Positions 57,201-64,000 of a DNA stretch of 64,000 nucleotides are shown here, piece by piece; the first letter of the stretch is position 1; each line of letters starts with the position of its first letter. This DNA comes from a virus, in the IMG/VR virus record IMGVR_UViG_3300032053_000003, positions 30,392 to 94,391 of that record. One strand, given 5' to 3'. Made by a program: the position numbers and the translations under genes. The notes below the pieces were generated by a model that ran no database searches, had not been told where the DNA came from, and saw nothing but the letters and a program-made list of their open reading frames with translations.

Positions 57201-58713
57201 TACCAGTGCTGGAAAGACAGATAACATGGTCGTTCTTAAGTCTGATACTATCAATATGAAGTTAGATGAGTTCAAGGAAATGCCTGTAGTCAACTTTGTG
57301 GTTTGTGAGACAGAGGATGACAAGAATGTCCTGTTTGTAATCCATAGGAATATCGATCCTAAAGAGTTCATATTTGACCCAGCAGGGTTAAAGCTTATCA
57401 GTAATGGTGCTGATCCCTACTCATATGTCATTTTTGACAGAGATATAACAAATGTGACAGTTCACGGTATGGGTAAGACTTTTGATGTCGATGTTGTTAA
57501 TGAATACAAGGGTGAATTCCTCTTCTTTGATGGGTGTCCTGCTGCTGATATCAAATGTAAGAAGTCTGAGTTCTGGAGGGGAATAAGCTCCAAGCACAAT
57601 ATTCAATACAGAAATTTTTTCATTGATGGTGCTTTTATGGAGCTTCTGGGTCCTACTACTGATGATAAGTACAAAGTGACTTTTACTGATCGTCACTCTG
57701 GTCAGATAGTTCATTCAACAGAGATTGGGATCAACTGTTGGACAAAGACCAATAGGAAGTACTACACAGATTGGAACGTAAAGGTCACTTCTAATGATGA
57801 AGAGCTTTACAACCAGGACATATCCTACTTTCAGAGAAGGGTTTTTGTTGTTCTTGACTCTAAGGCTATGGGAGATACCCTAGCTTGGTTCCCCATGGTG
57901 GAAGAATTCAGAAAGAAGCATAATGCTCATGTAATATGTTCCTCCTTCTGGAATAAGTTCTTCAAGTCCAAGTACCCTGAGATAGATTTCATAGAGCCAG
58001 GGCAGTCGGTTCCAGATATCTTTGCTCAGTTCAATGTGGGTTGTTATGATAATGATCTCAATAGGAATAGGTTCAATTGGAGGATCACCCCTCTTCAGAA
58101 GGTGGCTGCTGATATTCTGGGGATTACAAGATATGTGGAGGTTCTTCCTAATGTAGCCTATAAAGTTCTGGATAGACCAATAAAAGAGAAGTATGTGGCT
58201 ATCTCAGAACACTCGACTTTTATGTGTAAATACTGGTTGAATTCTGGAGGGTGGTCTACAGTAATAAACTACCTCAATGATCTGGGTTATGTTGTGGCTG
58301 CTATATCCAAAGAAACTACCCAGCTTCCTGGTATAGTAGACCTCACAGGAAAGCCTATTGAGGAGACCATCAGTAACATCCATCACTCTTCCATGTTCAT
58401 TGGCATGTCCTCTGGTCCTTCATGGCTCTCTTGGGCTCTCAAGAAGCCCCTGGTACTTATCTCAGGATATTCTAAAGAGTGGGCTGAGATGGATTTCAAG
58501 AATCCTCTTGTGAGCAGGGTTATTAACAAGGATGTCTGTCATGGATGCTTTAATGATCCTTCTCTTCCTCTTGAACGTGGTAGTTGGAGATGGTGTCCTC
58601 GTGGAAGGGATTTTGAGTGCAGTAAGATGATCTCCCCTGAGATGGTGATGGAGGGTATCAATAAGTTCTTTGGTATGAATAAGAATAGTGCAGGGTACGG
58701 AAGGTTATTATGA
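54253..58713 (+). CDS. multi-domain glycosyltransferase (1486 aa): N-terminal GT4-like domain interrupted by an intein, central domain of unknown function, C-terminal GT9 (heptosyltransferase-like) domain
   Basis: The two extein halves, AEGWNLPL and CEFMACGVPAICS, join to give the GT4 motif (EGFGLPVLEAMACGVPVIAS-like). C-terminus VVLDSKAMGDTLAWFPMVEEFRKKHNAHVICSS ... GMSSGPSWLSWALKKPLVLISG matches GT9 N- and C-terminal blocks. Confidence 0.7.
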   Translation: MCMPDKFENILAVCSFLGTSGYNYHARGFFTALNKLLPVAIKNWSYDDNPYYLTNEQKVMMAAASGKSFSFGECITVCLHESNHEDWYKHAYKSPKIAFNVWESTRQTERFFQKLLEFDQIWVPSEWQKKYTVEQGAPADKVFVIPEGIDTDRFKVTEPTINYHFADKDKFTFTIAGRWEYRKATTEMIRTFNETFRDVDDVELLILVDNPFDRQKMSTEDKLLQNGLGNKKIKILHKLSQEDYDQLICETNCFLSCSRAEGWNLPLCFPVGTEIITPSGFKLIETIKQGDDVFSHKGLSRKVKGVMTREYRGDLINVDIYNNINTLSATPEHPVRVIKRNRMSTMYGGSLLEYIQKRKLEPEWIPIKEIEKGDLLVQAIPCTLLKNNITIDLLNYLPNMQFDSEYIWSKYSNNPKEKGSNVKKVNRFVKLKDLTFLIGWYLAEGNSYKTRLDFTVNSITEQGVAARIKDDFNRLFGVDSVFKEDSDKDALHIRISSSILATFFKLYCGGKQSFRFIPNEVLYGNIDILQEVISNLFLGDGCHQQERDRNLLTTCSEVLANQVVIALHRLGYKAGTQKVKRNRKCKHYVVSFAYDSFNGTHSNKQYVFEKEVWHFVKKVTKTSYEGIVYNFEVEKDNSYLTHTASVHNCEFMACGVPAICSNWSGHLEFAKDYASLVNTDYLKAAWSEFGDFPGEYAEPDFKHLGQLMLAHYADHSNFTTRAVEGAEYLKGFTWENAAKIALSTMKPLMIRTTPINIVEPKGEKPPVKVEVTEPIVIKKSEIKAEVSKKVKSKDIIVIDCFPNTENKLKKLVDTIYFVKKFEKPIALVSHLPIPESVQVLVDYYIFDVDNTLPDYRLPIYYTFSDLKLLGRLDRPYHSLPIVKSLQNICKMFSNFERIHFIEYDINIDFEKHLSNVATHKDKDLVSYFYEGTGIYTNIMTFKPSLMLEVLTTQTLNWEDYKKMASPVILERDLIFENWMFKILTSAGKTDNMVVLKSDTINMKLDEFKEMPVVNFVVCETEDDKNVLFVIHRNIDPKEFIFDPAGLKLISNGADPYSYVIFDRDITNVTVHGMGKTFDVDVVNEYKGEFLFFDGCPAADIKCKKSEFWRGISSKHNIQYRNFFIDGAFMELLGPTTDDKYKVTFTDRHSGQIVHSTEIGINCWTKTNRKYYTDWNVKVTSNDEELYNQDISYFQRRVFVVLDSKAMGDTLAWFPMVEEFRKKHNAHVICSSFWNKFFKSKYPEIDFIEPGQSVPDIFAQFNVGCYDNDLNRNRFNWRITPLQKVAADILGITRYVEVLPNVAYKVLDRPIKEKYVAISEHSTFMCKYWLNSGGWSTVINYLNDLGYVVAAISKETTQLPGIVDLTGKPIEETISNIHHSSMFIGMSSGPSWLSWALKKPLVLISGYSKEWAEMDFKNPLVSRVINKDVCHGCFNDPSLPLERGSWRWCPRGRDFECSKMISPEMVMEGINKFFGMNKNSAGYGRLL
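55054..56196 (+). other. intein (381 aa) with LAGLIDADG homing-endonuclease domain, inserted in the GT4 catalytic motif
   Basis: Begins at Cys1 (CFPVGTEIITPSGFKLIETIKQGDDVF, Hint block A). LAGLIDADG blocks LIGWYLAEGNS and LFLGDGC. Ends ...ASVHN followed by +1 Cys at 56197. Confidence 0.75.
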
Positions 58714-58907
58714 TTAGTACAATTATTGCCAGGGAAACAGAGTTACTGGATAAAGTTCTGGAGAAAATGAGAGAAGGACAGTCACTATTTCCTATTACTC
58801 CCTTCAATATCAGGGAGGTTACAAAAAAGATGAGGGAAGCTAGTGAGGTATTGGGAGTTGGTATAGACCGATTGCATCAGGAGGCAGATTATGGCAGAGT
58901 TTTATAA
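58710..58907 (+). CDS. hypothetical protein
   Basis: 65-aa ORF, ATGA overlap. Confidence 0.4.
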   Translation: MISTIIARETELLDKVLEKMREGQSLFPITPFNIREVTKKMREASEVLGVGIDRLHQEADYGRVL

Positions 58908-59070
58908 TACTCCTCATACAAGTTGGAAGAACCAGCCTTTGAGTTACTGGATTCCTATTCGGGGTATTGCTCGTGCCTTGGCCTATATCCATACAGTAGT
59001 TGTGAAGGCAGTGCTTAAGGTTGGTAGGAAATGGACTAAATATGATGTCACCAGTGAGAGAGTAGACTAG
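58891..59070 (+). CDS. hypothetical 59-aa protein (MAEFYNTPHTSWKNQPLSYWIPIRGIARALAYIH...)
   Basis: GGAGG SD; fills gap; below track cutoff. Confidence 0.35.
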   Translation: MAEFYNTPHTSWKNQPLSYWIPIRGIARALAYIHTVVVKAVLKVGRKWTKYDVTSERVD

Positions 59071-59793
59071 ATGAAAGAGAAGTTCTGGATTAATCAAGGT
59101 GGTACCCTAACTATTAGGGACCTATTAGGGGAAAGTAGAAATTGGGATCGTGATAGATTTCTCAGGAGAGAAGGTCTCGATCTCTACAACTTTCAATGGG
59201 AAGAGAACATAAACTTCTATGACTTCTCTGCTGGTGGTAGTATGTACGGGGTTGGTGGTCTCAGAGTATCTCCTGGTGACGTTGTAGTAGATATTGGTGC
59301 CAATATTGGGTTGTGGTCACTCATAGCTCTTGATGCTGGTGCTTCTTCTGTACTTAGTTTTGAGCCTGTAAGACTGAATTACATATGTCTTTGCTTGAAT
59401 ACCTTTGGTTCTCATGTTCGTCCATATAACTTGGCTATAGGTGATAGAGTAATTAAATCATCATTGAATATCCATGACAGTATGGGTTTTTTTGATGATA
59501 ACCCTGATGATCCTGCTGAGGATATTCTCACTGTAACAGTGGACTGGCTGTTTGATGTTGGCCTGGTATCTGAGATAGACTTTCTTAAGATCGACATTGA
59601 AGGCTATGAGGATCGTGTGCTTTACAATGTCAGTAAGGATAGGATGGCTAAGATTAATAAAATATCCATGGAGTATCATAACTCTTGTCCAACAGATTAT
59701 GAGGATCTCATAAGATATCTTGCTACTCATGGAATCAAACTCAAATTCAGGTTGGATCTTGTGAATGAGAGAATGTTGACGTTTGAACGATAA
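59071..59793 (+). CDS. FkbM-family SAM-dependent methyltransferase
   Basis: VVDIGANIGLWS (motif I) and DFLKIDIEGYE are the FkbM (Methyltransf_21) hallmarks. Confidence 0.75.
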   Translation: MKEKFWINQGGTLTIRDLLGESRNWDRDRFLRREGLDLYNFQWEENINFYDFSAGGSMYGVGGLRVSPGDVVVDIGANIGLWSLIALDAGASSVLSFEPVRLNYICLCLNTFGSHVRPYNLAIGDRVIKSSLNIHDSMGFFDDNPDDPAEDILTVTVDWLFDVGLVSEIDFLKIDIEGYEDRVLYNVSKDRMAKINKISMEYHNSCPTDYEDLIRYLATHGIKLKFRLDLVNERMLTFER

Positions 59794-59802
59794 GGAGGTT
59801 CC

Positions 59803-60561
59803 ATGTCTTTCCTCAGCTTTTATTGCAGAAATAAGCTTTATGGATGTCTCCTTGGTATGGATGCCTTCCCTAAGCCTCAAACCTTTATAGGGTTTGGAAG
59901 AACTGCACCTGTTGATCCTCCTGGTACTGTTGAAGAGCCTGTTAATGACGATTACAATAGAATCTTTTATACACACTGGAAGATAGCAGGTAGGGACGTA
60001 TCAAATGATACTACCATAACTGCCTATACCAGAACTGACTGGGGGACCCTCACACACTTCCTTATCTGGGATGCTCTTGAAGGTGGAAACCTCTTGGCAT
60101 ATGGTGTTCTTCCTGATCCTGTTGTTGCTCCAAGTGGACGAGTTCTCTCATTCTCAAAGAATAAGCTGCAACTTCAGATCATACCAGGTACAATTACTAA
60201 CTACCTTACTAACAGATTCCTTGAGCATCTCTTTGGGATTGTAACCTTGGCATCCATTCATAGCTACATAGGTCTTTCCTATACCAATCCTGGAGATGCA
60301 GGGACTCCTGTACATCCTATTAGTGCAGATTATCATGATGTGGCTTTTCTGGGATGGGAGATCTCTGATCTTAGTGAGCTTGTAAACATTGCAGCAATCA
60401 ATTTTATTCCTAGAACTGACTGGGGTGCTCTTCCTTATGTGTATGTAAGGGATGCTGAAGGTAGAACCCTCTTTTACTCTGCTTTTGAGAGTCCTATAGT
60501 AGCCGATCAGTATAGTCCTGTGGTTATTGAACCAAACCAGCTTACTATAGTTTTTGATTAA
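59803..60561 (+). CDS. hypothetical protein with internal duplication (TDWGTLTHFLIWDALEGGNLLAYG / TDWGALPYVYVRDAEGRTLFYS)
   Basis: 252-aa ORF; GGAGG SD. Confidence 0.5.
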   Translation: MSFLSFYCRNKLYGCLLGMDAFPKPQTFIGFGRTAPVDPPGTVEEPVNDDYNRIFYTHWKIAGRDVSNDTTITAYTRTDWGTLTHFLIWDALEGGNLLAYGVLPDPVVAPSGRVLSFSKNKLQLQIIPGTITNYLTNRFLEHLFGIVTLASIHSYIGLSYTNPGDAGTPVHPISADYHDVAFLGWEISDLSELVNIAAINFIPRTDWGALPYVYVRDAEGRTLFYSAFESPIVADQYSPVVIEPNQLTIVFD

Positions 60562-60573
60562 GGAGTATGGTCT

Positions 60574-60786
60574 ATGGAGAAGGCAAAATCGTTGTTGAAA
60601 AAGATGGGTAAAAAGATCCTAACTGAGGGGGACCTGAAAGTACTAGCAAAACAGTTTATCACAGAAAATCCTTACCCAAAGGATGAACAGCTCCATGATT
60701 TCTGTGATAAACAAGGCATTTCCCCTCATGATCTTGAGACAGCAGTTTATGCAGTGCTGTCTGATTATATCACAGGTAAGGTGTAA
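60574..60786 (+). CDS. MSKA-tag-like small protein (MEKAKSLLKKMGKK...)
   Basis: 70-aa ORF. Confidence 0.45.
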   Translation: MEKAKSLLKKMGKKILTEGDLKVLAKQFITENPYPKDEQLHDFCDKQGISPHDLETAVYAVLSDYITGKV

Positions 60787-60807
60787 AAATAAGGAAATCT
60801 CTTGTTG

Positions 60808-60832
60808 GGTTTCGGTTTTCTTAATAGATCAG
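60808..60832 (+). promoter_or_regulatory. promoter-like motif C copy 2
   Basis: identical to 31594..31618. Confidence 0.45.
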
Positions 60833-60879
60833 CTATTGTATTTTTAAAGATATAAGCCTATACTTTCTGAGGAGTTCTT

Positions 60880-61233
60880 GTGAAATTCTACGATGATGTT
60901 TACATTGGTAGGGATAACTATATCGCAAGGAGAGTTGAGACATTACTGAATAATGTCACTGTCGATATCTCTAACCTTACCCGATGTACTCTTGAAGCTG
61001 TAGATACCAACCCCCCTTATATCATTGATTCTGATACTGAAGGATATGATGATGTTTTTGATTGGACTACCTACGGTACTCAAGGATTACTAGGTTTAAG
61101 GTTAGGTCTGGTTCAAGATCTTCCTCTTGGTTTTATTACCTTTAAACTAGTAGTATACTCTGATGACTTTCCCAGTGGATTGGATGACCTTAGACCTGTT
61201 TATTTTCGGGTGTGGAATTTATCTAATGGGTAA
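60880..61233 (+). CDS. hypothetical protein
   Basis: 117-aa ORF downstream of motif C. Confidence 0.45.
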   Translation: MKFYDDVYIGRDNYIARRVETLLNNVTVDISNLTRCTLEAVDTNPPYIIDSDTEGYDDVFDWTTYGTQGLLGLRLGLVQDLPLGFITFKLVVYSDDFPSGLDDLRPVYFRVWNLSNG

Positions 61234-61242
61234 ATGGGATAA

Positions 61243-61446
61243 ATGGGGAGTTATAAATCGCTCATATGGAGAAAACCAATGAGGATTATAAGAGAGATAG
61301 TGAGATTCTTAAAAGCTCTCAACAGATGGTTTCCACCTCCACCAATTCCCAGACCTCCAGAGAGACGGATAGGTCACAGGAGATATTGGAGTGATGAAGA
61401 ATGGGGTAAGTTCAAAGAGGATACTCTTAGGAAGCATTCAAAGTAG
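61243..61446 (+). CDS. hypothetical protein
   Basis: 67-aa ORF. Confidence 0.35.
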   Translation: MGSYKSLIWRKPMRIIREIVRFLKALNRWFPPPPIPRPPERRIGHRRYWSDEEWGKFKEDTLRKHSK

Positions 61447-61460
61447 TCGAGGAGAACACT

Positions 61461-62384
61461 ATGGCAAAAGGAAACTGGCAGGGTACTGATGCAGATCTGG
61501 AAACTTCTCTTTTTGAGTATAACTTCGTAGCCAAACAGAGAGCTGAAAAGGATCATCCTGATGAGTGGTTTGTTCTCTACAAGATAAGTAATAATGCTTT
61601 TGGTACAGGTCATATTCGTGAAAGTGAACTGGATGACTTGATCAATGGCAAAGAATGGATGAAAGAGGAAGATATTAAAAAGACCCTTTCTTATGTAGGT
61701 ATGACAAAGGAAGAGTGGCTCAAAGAGAATTTCATCAATAAGCTCAGTGATCTCCTTGGTTATTGGGGATATGAAGAGATAATGGGTAGTGACTATAATC
61801 CTCTGGATAAGAAAGGAGCCCTCAAGATGATGGGTATAGAAAGTGAAGAAAAAGAGAATGAGTCCAAAGCCAGGAGACTTATTGAGGAACTTAAATCCAC
61901 AGAGGGTCCTGAACAGCCTGGTTCCAGTGATATTATCGATGATAAGCTGAATAAAGAAATTACCATCCTTCAGGGTGTTCTTGGAGGTAAGAAGTTAGGT
62001 ACAAATGCTACTTTTCAGACTGCCAATGGTGCCATGGTGAACATCCTTGCTTTGGGTGCCAAAAATGATGAGGTTGCTACAGAACCTAAAACGGATGTTG
62101 CTGTGCCTGGTGGTGAAGTTGCTAAGAAGTCTACAACGGCTGCTGATGTGATCAGTGCTGCTGGTGCTATAGGTGCTACTGAGAGTTACAAGGTTTCCAA
62201 GAAGGAGTTTGATATAGCTCAGAAAATGAAGGCTAAAGGTTACAAATATGCATTGAAGGTACCTGGTGATGAACGGTTACTGACCTTCAAAAGTAGTAAG
62301 GATATGAGTTCCTATCTCTGGGATGAGAAAGGTCTTAAACCTGAGTGGAATGGGAACATTGACGATCTAATTGTAGAAGACTGA
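61461..62384 (+). CDS. hypothetical protein
   Basis: 307-aa ORF. Confidence 0.5.
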   Translation: MAKGNWQGTDADLETSLFEYNFVAKQRAEKDHPDEWFVLYKISNNAFGTGHIRESELDDLINGKEWMKEEDIKKTLSYVGMTKEEWLKENFINKLSDLLGYWGYEEIMGSDYNPLDKKGALKMMGIESEEKENESKARRLIEELKSTEGPEQPGSSDIIDDKLNKEITILQGVLGGKKLGTNATFQTANGAMVNILALGAKNDEVATEPKTDVAVPGGEVAKKSTTAADVISAAGAIGATESYKVSKKEFDIAQKMKAKGYKYALKVPGDERLLTFKSSKDMSSYLWDEKGLKPEWNGNIDDLIVED

Positions 62385-62394
62385 GGAGTAGGAT

Positions 62395-62607
62395 ATGTCG
62401 AAAGCTGCTGAAGTTCTCAAAATGATATCTGAGGCTGCTGGGTTTAGAGGTGTGATTACGAATGACATCTCTCACGCCTATATTCCTTCTCAGATTTTTG
62501 ATACTCGTGAGGAAGCAGCAGCTCAGGCTAAGAAAAATGCTGCAAGCAGGGGCAAGCATTGGAGTGCTTTTGTAGTGGATCTGGATGGGAAATCTTATGA
62601 CATCTAA
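62395..62607 (+). CDS. MSKA-tag family small protein (MSKAAEVLKMISEA...)
   Basis: 70-aa ORF; GGAG SD. Confidence 0.45.
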   Translation: MSKAAEVLKMISEAAGFRGVITNDISHAYIPSQIFDTREEAAAQAKKNAASRGKHWSAFVVDLDGKSYDI

Positions 62608-62830
62608 GGCCCAGTACATAATCCACCTGGTTGAGTGTGATTGTGATTGTGAGGAGGGTGACAAGTGCCCTAAGTGTGGCAAGACCTTTGAAGACAATAC
62701 CCCTCGTGTGATGCAGGGTGCTCAAATGGATATACTTCCAGCAGATGACGATGATGAGGACACTGCAAGACGTTTCAGTAGTGATCAGATTCCTCTCAGA
62801 AATGTGAAGAGTAACAGGTTGGGGTGGTAG
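62585..62830 (+). CDS. hypothetical zinc-ribbon protein (CDCDCEEGDKCPKCG)
   Basis: 81-aa ORF. Confidence 0.4.
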   Translation: MGNLMTSKAQYIIHLVECDCDCEEGDKCPKCGKTFEDNTPRVMQGAQMDILPADDDDEDTARRFSSDQIPLRNVKSNRLGW

Positions 62831-62838
62831 GAGAGTAT

Positions 62839-63225
62839 ATGGGAAAAGCCAGATCACTAATCAATCTTATGGAACAGGAAGATCATTTGCTAAGCTCAGG
62901 TTTGAAGGGTTTCAGCAAAGAGAAGGCTAAGAAAATGGTTAATAAGCTTCTTAGTAGTTCTTCCAAGGGTTTTTTCCGTGATGATGCTTGGCAAGCAGTC
63001 AACCATGTCTGGAAGGAACTGGAAAAAGCCGACATTGAAGCAGTGATCACAGATGCCAAGTATAACGGTAGTATGCCTCCCTCCTCAAAGATGTGGAAGT
63101 TTGAGATCTACTTCACTAATAACAATGGTAGGAGGACTATATTATACGGTGTACTAACGGCAAGTGGGGCTGGAAGTGTAGAAAATCCTCTGGATAAATA
63201 TGATATTATAACCTACGTGGGATAA
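62839..63225 (+). CDS. MSKA-tag family protein (MGKARSLINLMEQ...)
   Basis: GGAGAG SD before ATG 62839; track start 62824. Confidence 0.5.
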   Translation: MGKARSLINLMEQEDHLLSSGLKGFSKEKAKKMVNKLLSSSSKGFFRDDAWQAVNHVWKELEKADIEAVITDAKYNGSMPPSSKMWKFEIYFTNNNGRRTILYGVLTASGAGSVENPLDKYDIITYVG

Positions 63226-63236
63226 AGGAGCTTGAT

Positions 63237-63509
63237 ATGTCAAAAGCCAGCAAGTTTATTAATGAAGCAGAGATGACTGAAGATCAGATCAAGAATGCTT
63301 TTGATCGGTTGAAGGAATCGGTTGCAAGGGATTTTGACAACCTGTTCAAGAAGGCATTGAGATCAGGTGCTCTCGATGTTGAAAGCTATGACAATCCTGT
63401 GGTGTTGGCAAAGGTTATCATGAAGGCTGCTTTGATCGATGAGGCAGATCAGTTTGCAGTTACTGATAAGATGAAGAAAGATGCTAAGAATCTCAGTCTC
63501 AGTCTCTAG
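63237..63509 (+). CDS. MSKA-tag family small protein (MSKASKFINEAEM...)
   Basis: 90-aa ORF; AAGGAG SD. Confidence 0.5.
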   Translation: MSKASKFINEAEMTEDQIKNAFDRLKESVARDFDNLFKKALRSGALDVESYDNPVVLAKVIMKAALIDEADQFAVTDKMKKDAKNLSLSL

Positions 63510-63534
63510 GAAGACTTATTAATAAGGAGCTTAG

Positions 63535-63795
63535 ATGTCAAAAGCCAGACAGTTTATTTCCTTAGTTGAAGCCGATGTTACTAAAGAAGGGCATAGTGTT
63601 AAGTACAAGCCTAATAAGGATCTAAGCAATCACGAGGCTGATGTTTTACACTATGCTGTTGACTCTTATAGCCATGTTCTCGATTCAGGAAGTTATAGCT
63701 ATAAGCAGTTTGCTAATGAGATCTCTCAGGTCTATGATGTTAAGGAACCAAGGAACAAAGCTGTTGTAGACCTGCTTAATAAAATTTCTTCTTAG
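63535..63795 (+). CDS. MSKA-tag family small protein (MSKARQFISLVEA...)
   Basis: 86-aa ORF; AAGGAG SD. Confidence 0.5.
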   Translation: MSKARQFISLVEADVTKEGHSVKYKPNKDLSNHEADVLHYAVDSYSHVLDSGSYSYKQFANEISQVYDVKEPRNKAVVDLLNKISS

Positions 63796-63803
63796 GAGGC
63801 ATT

Positions 63804-64000
63804 ATGTCAAAGGCTGGAAAATTCCTTCAGAATATAAATGAAGATACCAAGAAAGATCGGATGAATACTCAGATTGAGAGGCATGGTAATAACCTCAATA
63901 AGATCTTCAAAACAGATATGGACCCTGTAGCCTTGTCTAAGAAGCTTTTCAGTCTTGAGATCAAAATGAGAAAGGCTGCTATGGATTATAACAATGGGGA
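63804..64000 (+). CDS. MSKA-tag family protein (MSKAGKFLQNINE...), 3' end cut by window edge
   Basis: GGAGG SD; frame open to window end. Confidence 0.45.
   Translation, partial: MSKAGKFLQNINEDTKKDRMNTQIERHGNNLNKIFKTDMDPVALSKKLFSLEIKMRKAAMDYNNG

Noticed and set aside
1-64000. Eukaryotic giant-virus origin (collagen-like repeats + PARP + glycosyltransferases, mimivirus-like)
   Set aside because: Genes carry Shine-Dalgarno sequences at 4-8 nt spacing, have 4-8-nt overlapping stop/start junctions, and sit with a sigma-70-family factor and rho-independent terminators. No introns or eukaryotic promoters are evident, so a bacteriophage origin is favoured.

Overview
This window looks like a large tailed-phage (probably jumbo-phage) genome fragment of roughly 38-40% GC. 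Genes have Shine-Dalgarno sites, there is a phage sigma-70-family factor, a tRNA, and four strand-switching gene blocks: 1-23830 minus, 23924-25517 plus, 25521-31517 minus, 31654-64000 plus. The minus blocks hold about 65 small early/accessory-type genes. Recognisable among them are an RtcB RNA ligase, a NADAR (YbiA-like) domain protein, a DUF4326 protein, a complete PARP (WGR plus H-Y-E catalytic domain), a sigma factor, a ParB/DGQHR-like protein, a possible Mom-like acyltransferase and an HhH plus four-zinc-ribbon protein with an IS110-like C-terminus. Conserved promoter-like motifs recur upstream of these genes. The plus block from 31654 is a structural and fibre region. It carries five giant Ser/Thr-rich Gly-X-Y (collagen-like) fibre proteins. 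Different fibres contain a beta-helix depolymerase-like domain, six CBM5/12-like repeats, a Kelch-type propeller plus LamG domain, and in three of them (plus a fourth, repeat-less ORF) a shared N-terminal anchor domain. Next to the fibres sits a glycosylation cassette: a GT-A glycosyltransferase, a 1486-aa multi-domain GT4 plus GT9-like glycosyltransferase interrupted by a LAGLIDADG intein inserted in its catalytic EX7E-type motif, and an FkbM methyltransferase. Other observations are a family of at least 11 otherwise unrelated small proteins sharing an N-terminal MSKA+xFIxxxE tag, a zinc-ribbon gene frameshifted by a 14-bp tandem duplication, long near-perfect coding tandem repeats shared between fibre genes, and hairpin terminators.
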